NCBI GenBank assembly: GCA_014192425.1
Contig: BJHK01000001.1
Span: 2,623 to 66,622 of the forward strand
Direction: 5' to 3'
Source: Planctomycetia bacterium
Lineage (GTDB): Bacteria > Planctomycetota > Planctomycetia > Pirellulales > UBA1268
Length of the DNA stretch: 64,000 bases
Part shown: in pieces, positions 19,477 through 28,223 of the stretch
Position numbering within the stretch: position 1 is the stretch's first letter
How the letters are laid out: every line of letters starts with the position of its first letter
Notes under the pieces: model-generated
What the model was told of the DNA's origin: nothing
Seen by the model: only the letters and a program-made list of their open reading frames with translations
Databases searched by the model: none
Position numbers and translations under genes: made by a program

Positions 19477-20214
19477 TCAGGCGACCTCGTAGCGCAGGCG
19501 ACGTTCCAGCCAGCGCGAGACCGCGGCCAGCGGGAGCGTGAGGATCAGATAGCCGACGGCCAGCGGCAGGTAGGTCTCCAGCGTCGCGTAGGTGAAGGAG
19601 TTGACCTCCTGGGCGGCGAGCGTGAACTCGGCGATCGAGAGCACGGAGAGTAGCGACGAGTCCTTGACGAGCGAGACGAACTGGCCGGCAACGGCCGGCA
19701 GCACGATCCGCACCGCCTGCGGGAGGACGACGAACCGCTGGATCTGCCAGGGCGAGAGGCCGATCGCCCGGCCGCTGTCGATCTGGGTCCGCGGAATGGC
19801 ATCGATGCCGGCGCGGAAGATCTCAGCCATGTAGGCACCGCTGAACAGCGAGAGCAGGAGAACGCCGGCGACGTAGCGGTTGTGGAGGCCGATGGCCGTG
19901 CCGACGAAGTAGAAGCCGAGGAGCAGTTGGACGAGCAGCGGCGTGCCGCGGATCAATTCGACGTACACCCGGGCCGCGGCCGCGGGGAGCGGGCGTCCGG
20001 AGCGGAGCAGGGCGGCGGCGAGGCTGCCGACGAGCGTGCTGACGACGAGCGCGGCGAGGCTCAACGCCACCGTCATCAGCCAGCCGTGAAAAAGTTTCTC
20101 CCGGTACTCCCACACCCCCGACCAGTTCCAGGCGACGTCGACCCGGGCTGCCGCCAGGGCGACGGCGCCGCCAAGCGCTGCGACGACGATCGTGAAGGCG
20201 AGCCAGCGGGGCAT
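19477..20214 (-). CDS. polar amino-acid ABC transporter permease (HisM/GlnP type)
   Basis: ATG at 20214 (MPRWLAF). YVELIRGTPLLVQL and EAA-loop-like DSGRAIGLSPWQ motifs. The track ORF to 21870 is an over-extension. Confidence 0.9.
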   Translation of the reverse strand: MPRWLAFTIVVAALGGAVALAAARVDVAWNWSGVWEYREKLFHGWLMTVALSLAALVVSTLVGSLAAALLRSGRPLPAAAARVYVELIRGTPLLVQLLLGFYFVGTAIGLHNRYVAGVLLLSLFSGAYMAEIFRAGIDAIPRTQIDSGRAIGLSPWQIQRFVVLPQAVRIVLPAVAGQFVSLVKDSSLLSVLSIAEFTLAAQEVNSFTYATLETYLPLAVGYLILTLPLAAVSRWLERRLRYEVA

Positions 20215-20331
20215 GCGGCGAGGATACCATGTTGGAGAGTCGCCACGGTGGCCGCACGGCGTTTGGCCCGCTGTCTTCGGCAGACGAACACTTTGCGTCC
20301 GATCCTCGTTCCCGCCCGGCGCGTGACTGCC

Positions 20332-21474
20332 ATGAGTTCCACCCCCGTCCGCTGGCTCGCCGAGCAGCTTCCCGCCTGGGAACGTGAGGGGATCGTCACC
20401 GCGGACGGGGCACGGGTGCTCCGCGAGCGATACGCGGCCGAGCCCCGCGGCGGCCTGGCGCAAATGATCGTGGCCGCGATCGGCGCGCTGCTCATCGGCA
20501 CCGGGCTGATCGCGGTGCTGGCCTACAACTGGGACGACTTCCCGCGCTGGGTGCGGCTGTCGCTGGCGCTCGGGCCGCTCGCGGCGTCGCAGGCCGCGAG
20601 CTGGTGGGTGCTGCAGCGCGGCGCGGCCGCCACACGGTGGCAGCGCGAGGCGGTCGCGCTTCTGCAGGCGCTGGCCGTCGGGGCTGCGATGGCGCTCGTG
20701 TCCCAGATCTACAACCTGCCGGGGCAGTGGACCGACCTCGTCTTCTGGTGGTGCGTGGTCGCCGTGCCGCTGGCCTGGGTGCTGGAATCCGACGCCGTGG
20801 CGATCGCCTACCTGCTGGGCATCGCGACCTGGACCATCGCGCAGGCTCGGCCCTTCACCGGCGAGGGGGCCGACTGCCGCATCTGGTATCCGCTCCTCCT
20901 CGCCGGCATCCTGCCCCGCTGGCCGGGCGCCGACCTCCGCGGCCGGCCCCAGCCGGGCAGTCGGGCGGTTCTCGCCCTGTCCGCCCTGGCCGGCCTGATC
21001 GCCGTGGCGGCGGACTCCCGTCAAAGGTTGAACTCCGATCATGCGTCGGTCTGGCTCACGATGCTGACGGCTGCCGCCGTGCTCCTCTTTCCACTCGACC
21101 GGCGGGGGATCGCCGAACCGCTCTCCCGCAAGCCGCAGGTCCTGCTCGGCGGGATCGTGCTCGTCACGCTGGCGCTGGTCGCCAGTTTCGAGGATCCGGC
21201 CCGGGGTCTCCTCGAGGGCGTCGCGCGGGCGATGCCGCTCGGCTGGTGCTGGCTGCTGCTGACGGTCGTGGCGGCCTTCGCGGCCCTGGCCCTGTGGCAG
21301 GGCCGGTACGCCGTGGTGGCGGTCGCGGCACTTGCGGTCGTGCCGCTGCTCGCCGATGCCGATGGCCTGTCGCGGATCGAGTCGCTGTCGCTGGAGCTCG
21401 TGTCGGGCCCGACCGTGATTCGCCTCGTGGCCGGGCAGGGCTGGCGGGAAGACGATGCCGTGACCATCGAGTGA
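20332..21474 (+). CDS. DUF2157-like polytopic membrane protein
   Basis: N-terminus WLAEQLPAWEREGIVTADGARVLRERY followed by many TM helices. It ends at a TGA that is followed in frame by a GDYXXLXY-like tail (next feature). Confidence 0.75.
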   Translation: MSSTPVRWLAEQLPAWEREGIVTADGARVLRERYAAEPRGGLAQMIVAAIGALLIGTGLIAVLAYNWDDFPRWVRLSLALGPLAASQAASWWVLQRGAAATRWQREAVALLQALAVGAAMALVSQIYNLPGQWTDLVFWWCVVAVPLAWVLESDAVAIAYLLGIATWTIAQARPFTGEGADCRIWYPLLLAGILPRWPGADLRGRPQPGSRAVLALSALAGLIAVAADSRQRLNSDHASVWLTMLTAAAVLLFPLDRRGIAEPLSRKPQVLLGGIVLVTLALVASFEDPARGLLEGVARAMPLGWCWLLLTVVAAFAALALWQGRYAVVAVAALAVVPLLADADGLSRIESLSLELVSGPTVIRLVAGQGWREDDAVTIE

Positions 21475-21660
21475 CCATTCGACCGCTTCTACCTCAACGA
21501 GCGGCTCGCCCCCGACGCCGACAGGCTCGTCGCGGAGCGATTCCAGGAGGGAAACAAACCGGTCGCCGAGTGCCGTCTTCTCGACGGCCGTGCCGTGCTC
21601 ACCGACATCCTCGTGGACGGCACGTCGATCCGCGAGGTCGTCCGGCAGCAAAACCGCTGA
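21475..21660 (+). pseudogene. 62-codon in-frame continuation resembling the C-terminal part of a GDYXXLXY-family domain
   Basis: No start codon of its own. Translation PFDRFYLNERLAPDADRLVAERFQEGNKPVAECRLLDGRAVLTDILVDG resembles the FF-x-EG...G-x-x-L tail of GDYXXLXY proteins, which normally accompany DUF2157 genes. Confidence 0.35.
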
Positions 21661-21707
21661 GCCGGCCACGGCCGGAGCTGCCGCCGCAGCGGGGCCGGCC
21701 GCCCGCC

Positions 21708-22481
21708 TCAGAAGAAGAACGGGATCGCGCGATCCTTGAAGTAGGCCTTCTCCGCGGCGAGGAACTCGTCGCCGAGCCGCTCGAAGCCGCCAGCGGCACG
21801 GAACGTCCCCAGGAACTCGTTCACCCGGCGCCTGAGGTTGTCGTCGCCGGGCCGCAGCCCCACCGCCCACGTCTCCTCCCGGAAGGGCGCGAGCAGGGCC
21901 CGCGTCTGCTCGGGGTGCCGCTTGTGATGCTGGTAGACCGAGAGCGGATCGTAGATGAAGGCGTCGGCCTTCCCCTGCACGACCTCAAGGGCCGCCGCCG
22001 ACTCCTTGTCGAGCACGAGCAGGCGGGCCTTCTTGAGGCCCGTCGCGGCGTACTGGTGGCCGGTCGTCCCCTTCTTGACAGCGATCACCCGGCCGGGGGC
22101 GTCGAGGTCGGCAGCGGATTGCAGCGGCGACTTCGCCGCCACGAGGAGCGCCAGCCCGGTCTTGAGATACGGCTCCGAGAAGGCGATCGTCTTCGCCCGC
22201 TCGGGCGTGGCCGTGAGCGACGAGATGATGCAGTCGATCTTGCCCGTCCGCAGCGCGGGGATGAGCCCGTCAAAGGGAATGTTTTCGATGACGAGCTCGC
22301 GGCCGAGGTGCCGCGCCAGTTCCTCCGCCAGCCGGACGCTCACGCCCGTCGGCCGCCCCTGCTTGTCCGTCATCTCGAAGGGCGGATAGGAGAGCTCCAT
22401 GCCGACGCGGAGCGGCGGCTCGGCCGCCGACACGATGGCTGACAAGGCGCAGGTGAGGAACCAGGGAACGAACCGGTGCAT
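21708..22481 (-). CDS. polar amino-acid ABC transporter substrate-binding protein
   Basis: ATG at 22481. Signal peptide MHRFVPWFLTCALSAIVSA. LRVGMELSYPPFE, GKIDCIISSLT and FSEPY motifs of family-3 binding proteins. Confidence 0.85.
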   Translation of the reverse strand: MHRFVPWFLTCALSAIVSAAEPPLRVGMELSYPPFEMTDKQGRPTGVSVRLAEELARHLGRELVIENIPFDGLIPALRTGKIDCIISSLTATPERAKTIAFSEPYLKTGLALLVAAKSPLQSAADLDAPGRVIAVKKGTTGHQYAATGLKKARLLVLDKESAAALEVVQGKADAFIYDPLSVYQHHKRHPEQTRALLAPFREETWAVGLRPGDDNLRRRVNEFLGTFRAAGGFERLGDEFLAAEKAYFKDRAIPFFF

Positions 22482-22519
22482 CGTCGCGTGTCTCCCGAAC
22501 GAGTGGTTTCCGGTGCGGC

Positions 22520-23689
22520 TCAGGCCGCCGGCCGGGCCGCGAGCGCCGTCTCGGGCAGCGGCTCGACCGGATCGAGACGCCCGCCGGGGCCGATGGCGTA
22601 CGTCCGGCCACGCCAGGTTACCGTGCGCACGGCGAACGAGGCGAACCAGCCGACGAAGTAGACCGCATCCTTGAGGAGGATCGCGGCGACGTGCCGCGGG
22701 GCGAGGGCCTGGGCCCGCAGCAGCCGGGCAGCCGAGACCTCGAGGAGGATTTTCAGCGCCGCGACCGCAGGCACGCAGAGGGCGTAGTCGGTGGCGAGGA
22801 GCGGGAGCGTCCAGGGGACGGGGTTGAGGACGAGCTCCAGGGGGTAGGCCCACGGGCAGATGCGGCGGCGCAGCCCGGAGTGGCGCAGGTGCCGCTGCAC
22901 GAGGCCGCACCACGACCAGGCGCGGTGCACGATCCGCACCGGCACCGGGGCGAGCCGCAGCTTCCCGCCGGCCTCGGCCACCAGCCGCGAGAGGACGAAG
23001 TCGTCGGCGCCGTGGTCGCGGACGTCGGCGAAGCCGCCGGCGTCGTCGAGGGCCCGGCGGCGGACCCACTGTCCCTTGGCGTTCACGGCGTGCTGTCCCG
23101 CGACGATCGCGGCGCCGATCGAGAGCAGACCGGCGAACTCGGTGTAGTGCAGGTTCTCGATCGCCGCCGGCAGCGTGCACTCGCCGATGCCGACCACCGG
23201 CTGGTAGACCATCCCCACCCGCGGGTCGGCGAAGCAGGGGAGCACGCGACCGATCTCGTCGGCGGCGACGCGGACATTGCTATCGGAGAGGAGGATCAAG
23301 TCGTGCCGGGCGTGCGGCAGCAGCGACTCGAGAAGCCCGACCTTCGGGCTGGCGGCGTCGCTGTCACCGCCGAGCACGATCGCCACGTCGCGATTCGGAT
23401 ACCGGCGGGCGAGCCTGCGGACGACATCCAGCGCCGGATCGCCGGCATCGGCCGCGCCGAACACGAGCTGCAACGGTTCGTGTGCGAGCAGGAAGAAAGA
23501 CCGGAGGTTGGCCTCGAGGTCCTCGTCGAAGCCGCACAGCGGCTTGAGGATCGTGACGCCTGTGAGGTCGGCGGCAGGTGTGCGGCGCGATCCGGCGCGG
23601 CTCCAGCGGACCGTCACGAGCCACGCGGTGGCGTAGAGGCCGAGGCCCGTGGCGGCGACGGCAAGCAGGCAGGCGGTCAGGGCGGTCAT
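22520..23689 (-). CDS. glycosyltransferase, ceramide-glucosyltransferase-like (GT21/GT2 type)
   Basis: N-terminal TM helix, VTILKPLCGFDEDLEANL opening typical of the family, LLSDSNV acidic motif, C-terminal TM segments. Confidence 0.7.
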   Translation of the reverse strand: MTALTACLLAVAATGLGLYATAWLVTVRWSRAGSRRTPAADLTGVTILKPLCGFDEDLEANLRSFFLLAHEPLQLVFGAADAGDPALDVVRRLARRYPNRDVAIVLGGDSDAASPKVGLLESLLPHARHDLILLSDSNVRVAADEIGRVLPCFADPRVGMVYQPVVGIGECTLPAAIENLHYTEFAGLLSIGAAIVAGQHAVNAKGQWVRRRALDDAGGFADVRDHGADDFVLSRLVAEAGGKLRLAPVPVRIVHRAWSWCGLVQRHLRHSGLRRRICPWAYPLELVLNPVPWTLPLLATDYALCVPAVAALKILLEVSAARLLRAQALAPRHVAAILLKDAVYFVGWFASFAVRTVTWRGRTYAIGPGGRLDPVEPLPETALAARPAA

Positions 23690-23831
23690 CGACTGGCCGG
23701 GCGCGGTCGGCGAGGCTGCGACGGGCCTGACAACCAGGCCCGCGTCCTCCCGGCCGCGGAGCGTAGCGACGGCCGGGGGGGCGGCTCAACGTCGAAAACG
23801 CGAGGGCCCGTCGGCTGCCAACGCCGCTTTC

Positions 23832-24926
23832 CTACGGCGCGGCCTCGGTGAACGGACCCTCGAGGACCGCCTCCGGCTGGTCGCGGCGGCCGTCCGCGTC
23901 GATCACCACCTTGGCCTGGGGGAGGAGCTCCGGCGGAAACCGCCACACGGTGCGGTCGTAGCCCGGGGCGGCGAGATTGACCGAGAGCCGGGGGGGGATC
24001 TCGCGGGCCGTCTCGCCAATCGGGATCGTCGCCGGATCGGCGCCGGCGAGGATGTCGCCCGCGGTCCGCCCGGCGAGCAGGCCGACCTCGCGAAAGTCGA
24101 AGCCGACGTCGAACAGGGTGCCCCGGTTCGGCGCGCCGGGGACGACCGAGAAGACCGGGATCCGGGCCTTGGCCGCCGTCGCGATCACCGACTCGACCAC
24201 GCTGGCGATGGTCGTGTCGCCCGGCACGAAGATCACCTCGGCGCCGCGGGCGATCGTCGCCTGGAGGGCCTCGATCACACCGGCCGAGTTCTCCACCGCC
24301 GCCTCGAGGAGCTCGATGCGCCGGGCGGCGCACGACGCCCGGGCGAGTTCCATGAAGCGGCGCGAGTTGCTCTCGGAGGGATTGTGGGCCACGCCCACGC
24401 GGCGGACCGCGGGATTGACCCGCTGGAGGATCCCGAACGTCGCGTCCACGGGCGCCAGGCTGCCGTAGCCAACGAGGTGCGCCGGGTGCACGAGCGGATC
24501 GGCGCGGTCGAGGCCCACGCCCGCGGAGCAGGGGTCGGCGACCGCCGCGAAGACGTGGCGGATCCGGCCGCGCTTGTTCGCCGTCGCCACAGCCTGCAGC
24601 GACGGTGTGCTCGAGGTGAGCACGATGTCGAACGGGCCGTTGACGATTTCCCGCGCGATGGCGTTGGCCTGGGCCGCGTCGCCCTCGGCGTTGTAGCGCC
24701 GGATCGTCACCGTCCGCCCGTCGCTGAAGCCGCGTTCGGCGAGCCCCTCGATCATGCCGCGGACAGCGTCATCGAGCACGGCCGTGCTCACCTGCTGGAG
24801 CACGGCCACGGCGGGCAGCCGCCGGGCTGCGGCGCCGCGGTCGGTGGCGAGGAGCAGCGCCGAGGCGCCGCCGAGGAGCGCGAGCGTGGGGAGGCACTGG
24901 CGGAGGAACGACACGGGCACGGACAT
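23832..24926 (-). CDS. ABC transporter substrate-binding protein (PF04392-like, unknown ligand)
   Basis: ATG at 24926, signal-like N-terminus. Periplasmic-binding-fold pattern (VAVLQQVSTAVLDDAVRGMIEGL ... IFVPGDTT). Follows the cognate ATPase and permease. Confidence 0.8.
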   Translation of the reverse strand: MSVPVSFLRQCLPTLALLGGASALLLATDRGAAARRLPAVAVLQQVSTAVLDDAVRGMIEGLAERGFSDGRTVTIRRYNAEGDAAQANAIAREIVNGPFDIVLTSSTPSLQAVATANKRGRIRHVFAAVADPCSAGVGLDRADPLVHPAHLVGYGSLAPVDATFGILQRVNPAVRRVGVAHNPSESNSRRFMELARASCAARRIELLEAAVENSAGVIEALQATIARGAEVIFVPGDTTIASVVESVIATAAKARIPVFSVVPGAPNRGTLFDVGFDFREVGLLAGRTAGDILAGADPATIPIGETAREIPPRLSVNLAAPGYDRTVWRFPPELLPQAKVVIDADGRRDQPEAVLEGPFTEAAP

Positions 24927-24940
24927 GGGACGGGCTCCCC

Positions 24941-25813
24941 TCAGGCGTAGCGGTCGGCGAGCGTCCGGGCCGCGGTGTCGTCGAGCTGGTCGGCGCGACG
25001 CAGCCGGTCGAAGCGGTCGGCGAGATCCTCGGCGCCGAGACGGCGCTTGGCGGCTCCGGACGCGTCGATCGCCAGCCGGCCGCGGTGCACGAGCAGCAGC
25101 CGGTCGCCGAGCGACGCCGCCTGGGTAAGCGAGTGGGTCACCATCAGCGCGGTGAGGTTGTCCTCGCGGACGATCCGAGCCGTGGCCTGCACGACCCGGT
25201 CGGCGGCTGCGGGGTCGAGGGCGGCGGTGTGCTCGTCGAGGAGAAGGAGCTCGGGCCGGTGCCAGGTCGCCTTGAGCAGCGTGACGATCTGCCGCTGCCC
25301 TCCGGAGAGCGACCCGATCGGCTGGTCGAGCCTGCCCTCCAGGCCGGGCACGATCGCTGCCAGCCGGGCGGCGGCCTCGGCACGCAGCGACTTCGACGTC
25401 GCCCAGCCGAGACCGGCGGGCCTGCCCCGGCAGGCGGCCACGGCGAGGTTCTCGATCACTGTCAGGCTGCCCGCCGTGCCGGCCCGCGGATCCTGGAACA
25501 CGCGGCCGATGAGCCGGGCACGTTCGTGCTCTTGCCAGGCCGTGATGTCGTGGCCGGCGAGGTGGATGCTGCCGGAGTCGAGACGCACCGTGCCGGCGAT
25601 CGAGCCGAGCAGCGTGCTCTTGCCGGAGCCGTTCGTGCCGACGACGACGACGAACGTGCCGCGCGGCACGGCCAGCGAGATGCCGTCCACGGCGTGGACG
25701 AGCGGTCCGCCCGGGGCGGTGAAGCTGACGCGGGCGGCGCGGAGCTCGAGGTGCGGGGGGGCGTCCGCGGGCGCTGCGGCCGCGGAGCGGGGATCGTGCA
25801 GGGCTGCGGTCAT
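24941..25813 (-). CDS. ABC transporter ATP-binding protein
   Basis: GTNGSGKSTLL, LSGGQRQIVTLL, LLLLDEHTAALD. ATGA-type overlap with the permease at 25810-25813. Confidence 0.9.
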   Translation of the reverse strand: MTAALHDPRSAAAAPADAPPHLELRAARVSFTAPGGPLVHAVDGISLAVPRGTFVVVVGTNGSGKSTLLGSIAGTVRLDSGSIHLAGHDITAWQEHERARLIGRVFQDPRAGTAGSLTVIENLAVAACRGRPAGLGWATSKSLRAEAAARLAAIVPGLEGRLDQPIGSLSGGQRQIVTLLKATWHRPELLLLDEHTAALDPAAADRVVQATARIVREDNLTALMVTHSLTQAASLGDRLLLVHRGRLAIDASGAAKRRLGAEDLADRFDRLRRADQLDDTAARTLADRYA

Positions 25814-26721
25814 CGGGCCACCTGTCTGCGGCCGCGGACCAGGAACCGGGGCGCGACGAGGGCGGCGAGCACGACCGCCGCGGTGGCGGCCTTGAGCCAG
25901 TCCGGATCGAGGCCGGCCCGCAGCGCCGCGGCGACGAGGAGCCGGAAGCTGACGCTGCCGGCGGCCGTCGCCAGCAGGGCCCCGCCGAGCCGCACCTCGC
26001 CGACGAGGGCGTTGCCGAGAAACACGCTCGCCATCCCCCAGACCACCATGCCGATCCCCATCTGCACGTCGGTGAAGCCCTGGTACTGGGCGACGATCGC
26101 ACCGGACAGGGCCGTGAGCGCATTGGCGATCGCCAGGCCGGCCACGGTGAGCAGGCCGGTGTCGCGGCCGAGCGCCCGGGCCATCGTCGGCGTGTCGCCG
26201 CCGGCCCGCATCGCCGTCCCGAGCCGGGTGCGGAAAAACGCCCACAGGCCGACGATCGCGATGCCCACGGTCGCCGCCACGAACAGCAGCCGGGCCAGTT
26301 CGCCCGCCACCTCGGCGGAGCAGCCGAGCGTTGCGCAGGCGGGGGCGAGCAGGCTCTCCGCCCGGTCGAGCAGCGTCACGATGCCCGACAGTGGCACATT
26401 GCTGCGGCCGAGGAGGACGAGATTCACGCTGGCCAGCGTGGTCGTCATGAGGATGCCGGCGAGCAGCGGTTCGATGCCGAGGAAGGCGTGGAGCAGGGCG
26501 GTGCAGCCCCCGGCCGCGGCCCCCGCCGCCAGGGCGGCGAGCGTGGCCGCGGCGGGATCGACACCGGCGGTCAGGAGCACCGCGGCGACGACGGCGCCGA
26601 GCGTGAACGAGCCGTCGGTCGTGATGTCGGGAAACTTGAACAGCCGGTAACTCACGAACACGCCGAGGGCCACGAGCCCGAGCGCCAGGCCGAACGTCCA
26701 GGTCGAGAGCAGCGTGATCAT
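25810..26721 (-). CDS. ABC transporter permease (branched/BMP-type fold)
   Basis: ATG at 26721 (MITLLSTW), about 10 hydrophobic segments. 4-nt overlap with the STAS gene at 26718-26721. Confidence 0.85.
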   Translation of the reverse strand: MITLLSTWTFGLALGLVALGVFVSYRLFKFPDITTDGSFTLGAVVAAVLLTAGVDPAAATLAALAAGAAAGGCTALLHAFLGIEPLLAGILMTTTLASVNLVLLGRSNVPLSGIVTLLDRAESLLAPACATLGCSAEVAGELARLLFVAATVGIAIVGLWAFFRTRLGTAMRAGGDTPTMARALGRDTGLLTVAGLAIANALTALSGAIVAQYQGFTDVQMGIGMVVWGMASVFLGNALVGEVRLGGALLATAAGSVSFRLLVAAALRAGLDPDWLKAATAAVVLAALVAPRFLVRGRRQVAR

Positions 26722-27989
26722 GAGGCCCTCCCTGCGCCGACGACGAGCGGCGCGAACCAGCAGCCGCCGCGGACGAACTCCGACTCGCCGCTGCCCAGCA
26801 CCGGCTGCGGGTCGGCGACGAGGTGCACGACCGCCAGCGGCGCCGACGCCGCGAGGGTATCGATCGTGTCGATGAAGTCGAGCGGTCCGCGCCTGAGGGG
26901 ATGGAGGGGAAAGACCGCCGCGTGCAGGTGGCCGTGGATGGTGCCGGCGGCGTCCAGCGGCCGGACGAAGTCGGCCAGCGGCCCCATCGGGATGCCGCGG
27001 GCGGCCACGCCGGCGACAAGCGCCGTCCGGCGTGCGTGGACGGGTTCGCAGGAGAAGCACAGCCAGCGGGCGGCGACGTCCCGGTCGCCGGACCACGGAT
27101 GGTCGGTCGGCGTCGCCTCGGCCAGCGGACGGATCAGTTCCGCGGCCACGAGGCCGCGCACCTCGACCGCCATGACGACCGCGATGACGTCGGCGGCGGC
27201 GCTGTCGAGGAGGGGGGCGAGGAGGCTGGCAAGCCGCAGGCCGGCGCCGTCGGGCGTCTCGAAGCCGGTCCGGCCACCGGGCACGCCCTGCCAGACGAGG
27301 CCGGAGACAAAAGCCGCGTCGGCCACGAGGTCGCCGCTGCCGACGAGATAATCGACGGCGGCGAATGGCTGCGGCGGGCGGTGGAACACGGCGCCACCGA
27401 CCCCGAGCAGTTCACCGGCCCGAGCGTCGGCTTCGGCCGTGTCGCCGAGTGCGGCCAGTCCGATCGCGCAGGCGTGCCGCGGCAAGGGGCGTCGCACCAC
27501 ACCACCCTGCTGCGGGAAGCCGCGAGTCGTGTCCAGCCCGCCGACGAGTTCGGCCCGCAGCGGTCCGGCCGGGGAAGGCTCCAGGCCCACGAGGTCGAAG
27601 CCGGACACGTGCACGATCGCCGGCCCGGCCGTTCGCGGTCCACTCGTGGTCGGCGTCTCGGGTCTGCGGCCGTCCGGCTGCGGTCCCGCCATGAGGATCG
27701 GCGTCAGCCGGGTCAGGTCGAGTACCTTCCGCACGGGCTCGCTTGCCTGCACGATCAGGCAGCTGCCACCGGCCTGCTTCGCGGCCCGCTGGTTTTCGAA
27801 GAGGACGCGGATGCCCGCCGAGCTCAGGAAGGAGATGGCCGTGAAGTCGAGCTCGACGGCTTGGATGCCGCGACGCAACTCCTCCGCGACGGCCAGGCCG
27901 AGGTCGGAGGCCGATTCGGCGTCGAGCCGGCCGCCGACGGCGAGCACGACCCGGTCGTCCCGCTCATCCCGCACGATCGTGATATCCAT
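26718..27989 (-). CDS. STAS-domain (SpoIIAA-like) protein fused to an uncharacterised ~300-aa C-terminal domain
   Basis: The first ~100 aa (VLAVGGRLDAESASDL ... LDFTAISFLSSAGIRVL ... VRKVLDLTRL) match the anti-sigma-antagonist STAS pattern, including the conserved Ser. The remainder has no motif I recognise. Confidence 0.7.
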   Translation of the reverse strand: MDITIVRDERDDRVVLAVGGRLDAESASDLGLAVAEELRRGIQAVELDFTAISFLSSAGIRVLFENQRAAKQAGGSCLIVQASEPVRKVLDLTRLTPILMAGPQPDGRRPETPTTSGPRTAGPAIVHVSGFDLVGLEPSPAGPLRAELVGGLDTTRGFPQQGGVVRRPLPRHACAIGLAALGDTAEADARAGELLGVGGAVFHRPPQPFAAVDYLVGSGDLVADAAFVSGLVWQGVPGGRTGFETPDGAGLRLASLLAPLLDSAAADVIAVVMAVEVRGLVAAELIRPLAEATPTDHPWSGDRDVAARWLCFSCEPVHARRTALVAGVAARGIPMGPLADFVRPLDAAGTIHGHLHAAVFPLHPLRRGPLDFIDTIDTLAASAPLAVVHLVADPQPVLGSGESEFVRGGCWFAPLVVGAGRAS

Positions 27990-28223
27990 CGCCTTCGGCC
28001 TGCCTCGTCGTTGCGGCGCACGCGGTGCTAACCCGCCGAGAGAACCGGCATAGAGTAGCCGATGGCAGGACCGCCGCGGGGCGAATGTGCCGTGGCGCCG
28101 GTTTGCTGGTTGGGGCCGAAGAACCGCTGTATGCTTTCTGAGAGGTCACATGCTACGCGGCGAATCGCTCGTCCGCGGCCTGTCGCCCACCTCGATCGGC
28201 TGCCGGCCCGCAATTCGCCTGCC

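Noticed and set aside
21472-21474. TGA as a selenocysteine codon in the DUF2157 gene
   Set aside because: I could not see a SECIS-like stem-loop immediately downstream. No sel genes are in the window, and the flanking domain looks internally deleted, which favours a pseudogene.
19477-27019. Very long N-terminal extensions of track ORFs (19477..21870, 21708..23180, 23832..26123, 24941..27019, 25810..27096, also 8822..10534)
   Set aside because: In each case the family-typical N-terminus begins at an internal ATG. That ATG sits at or just after the stop of the upstream gene, often as an ATGA overlap. The extensions are out-of-frame read-throughs of neighbouring genes.
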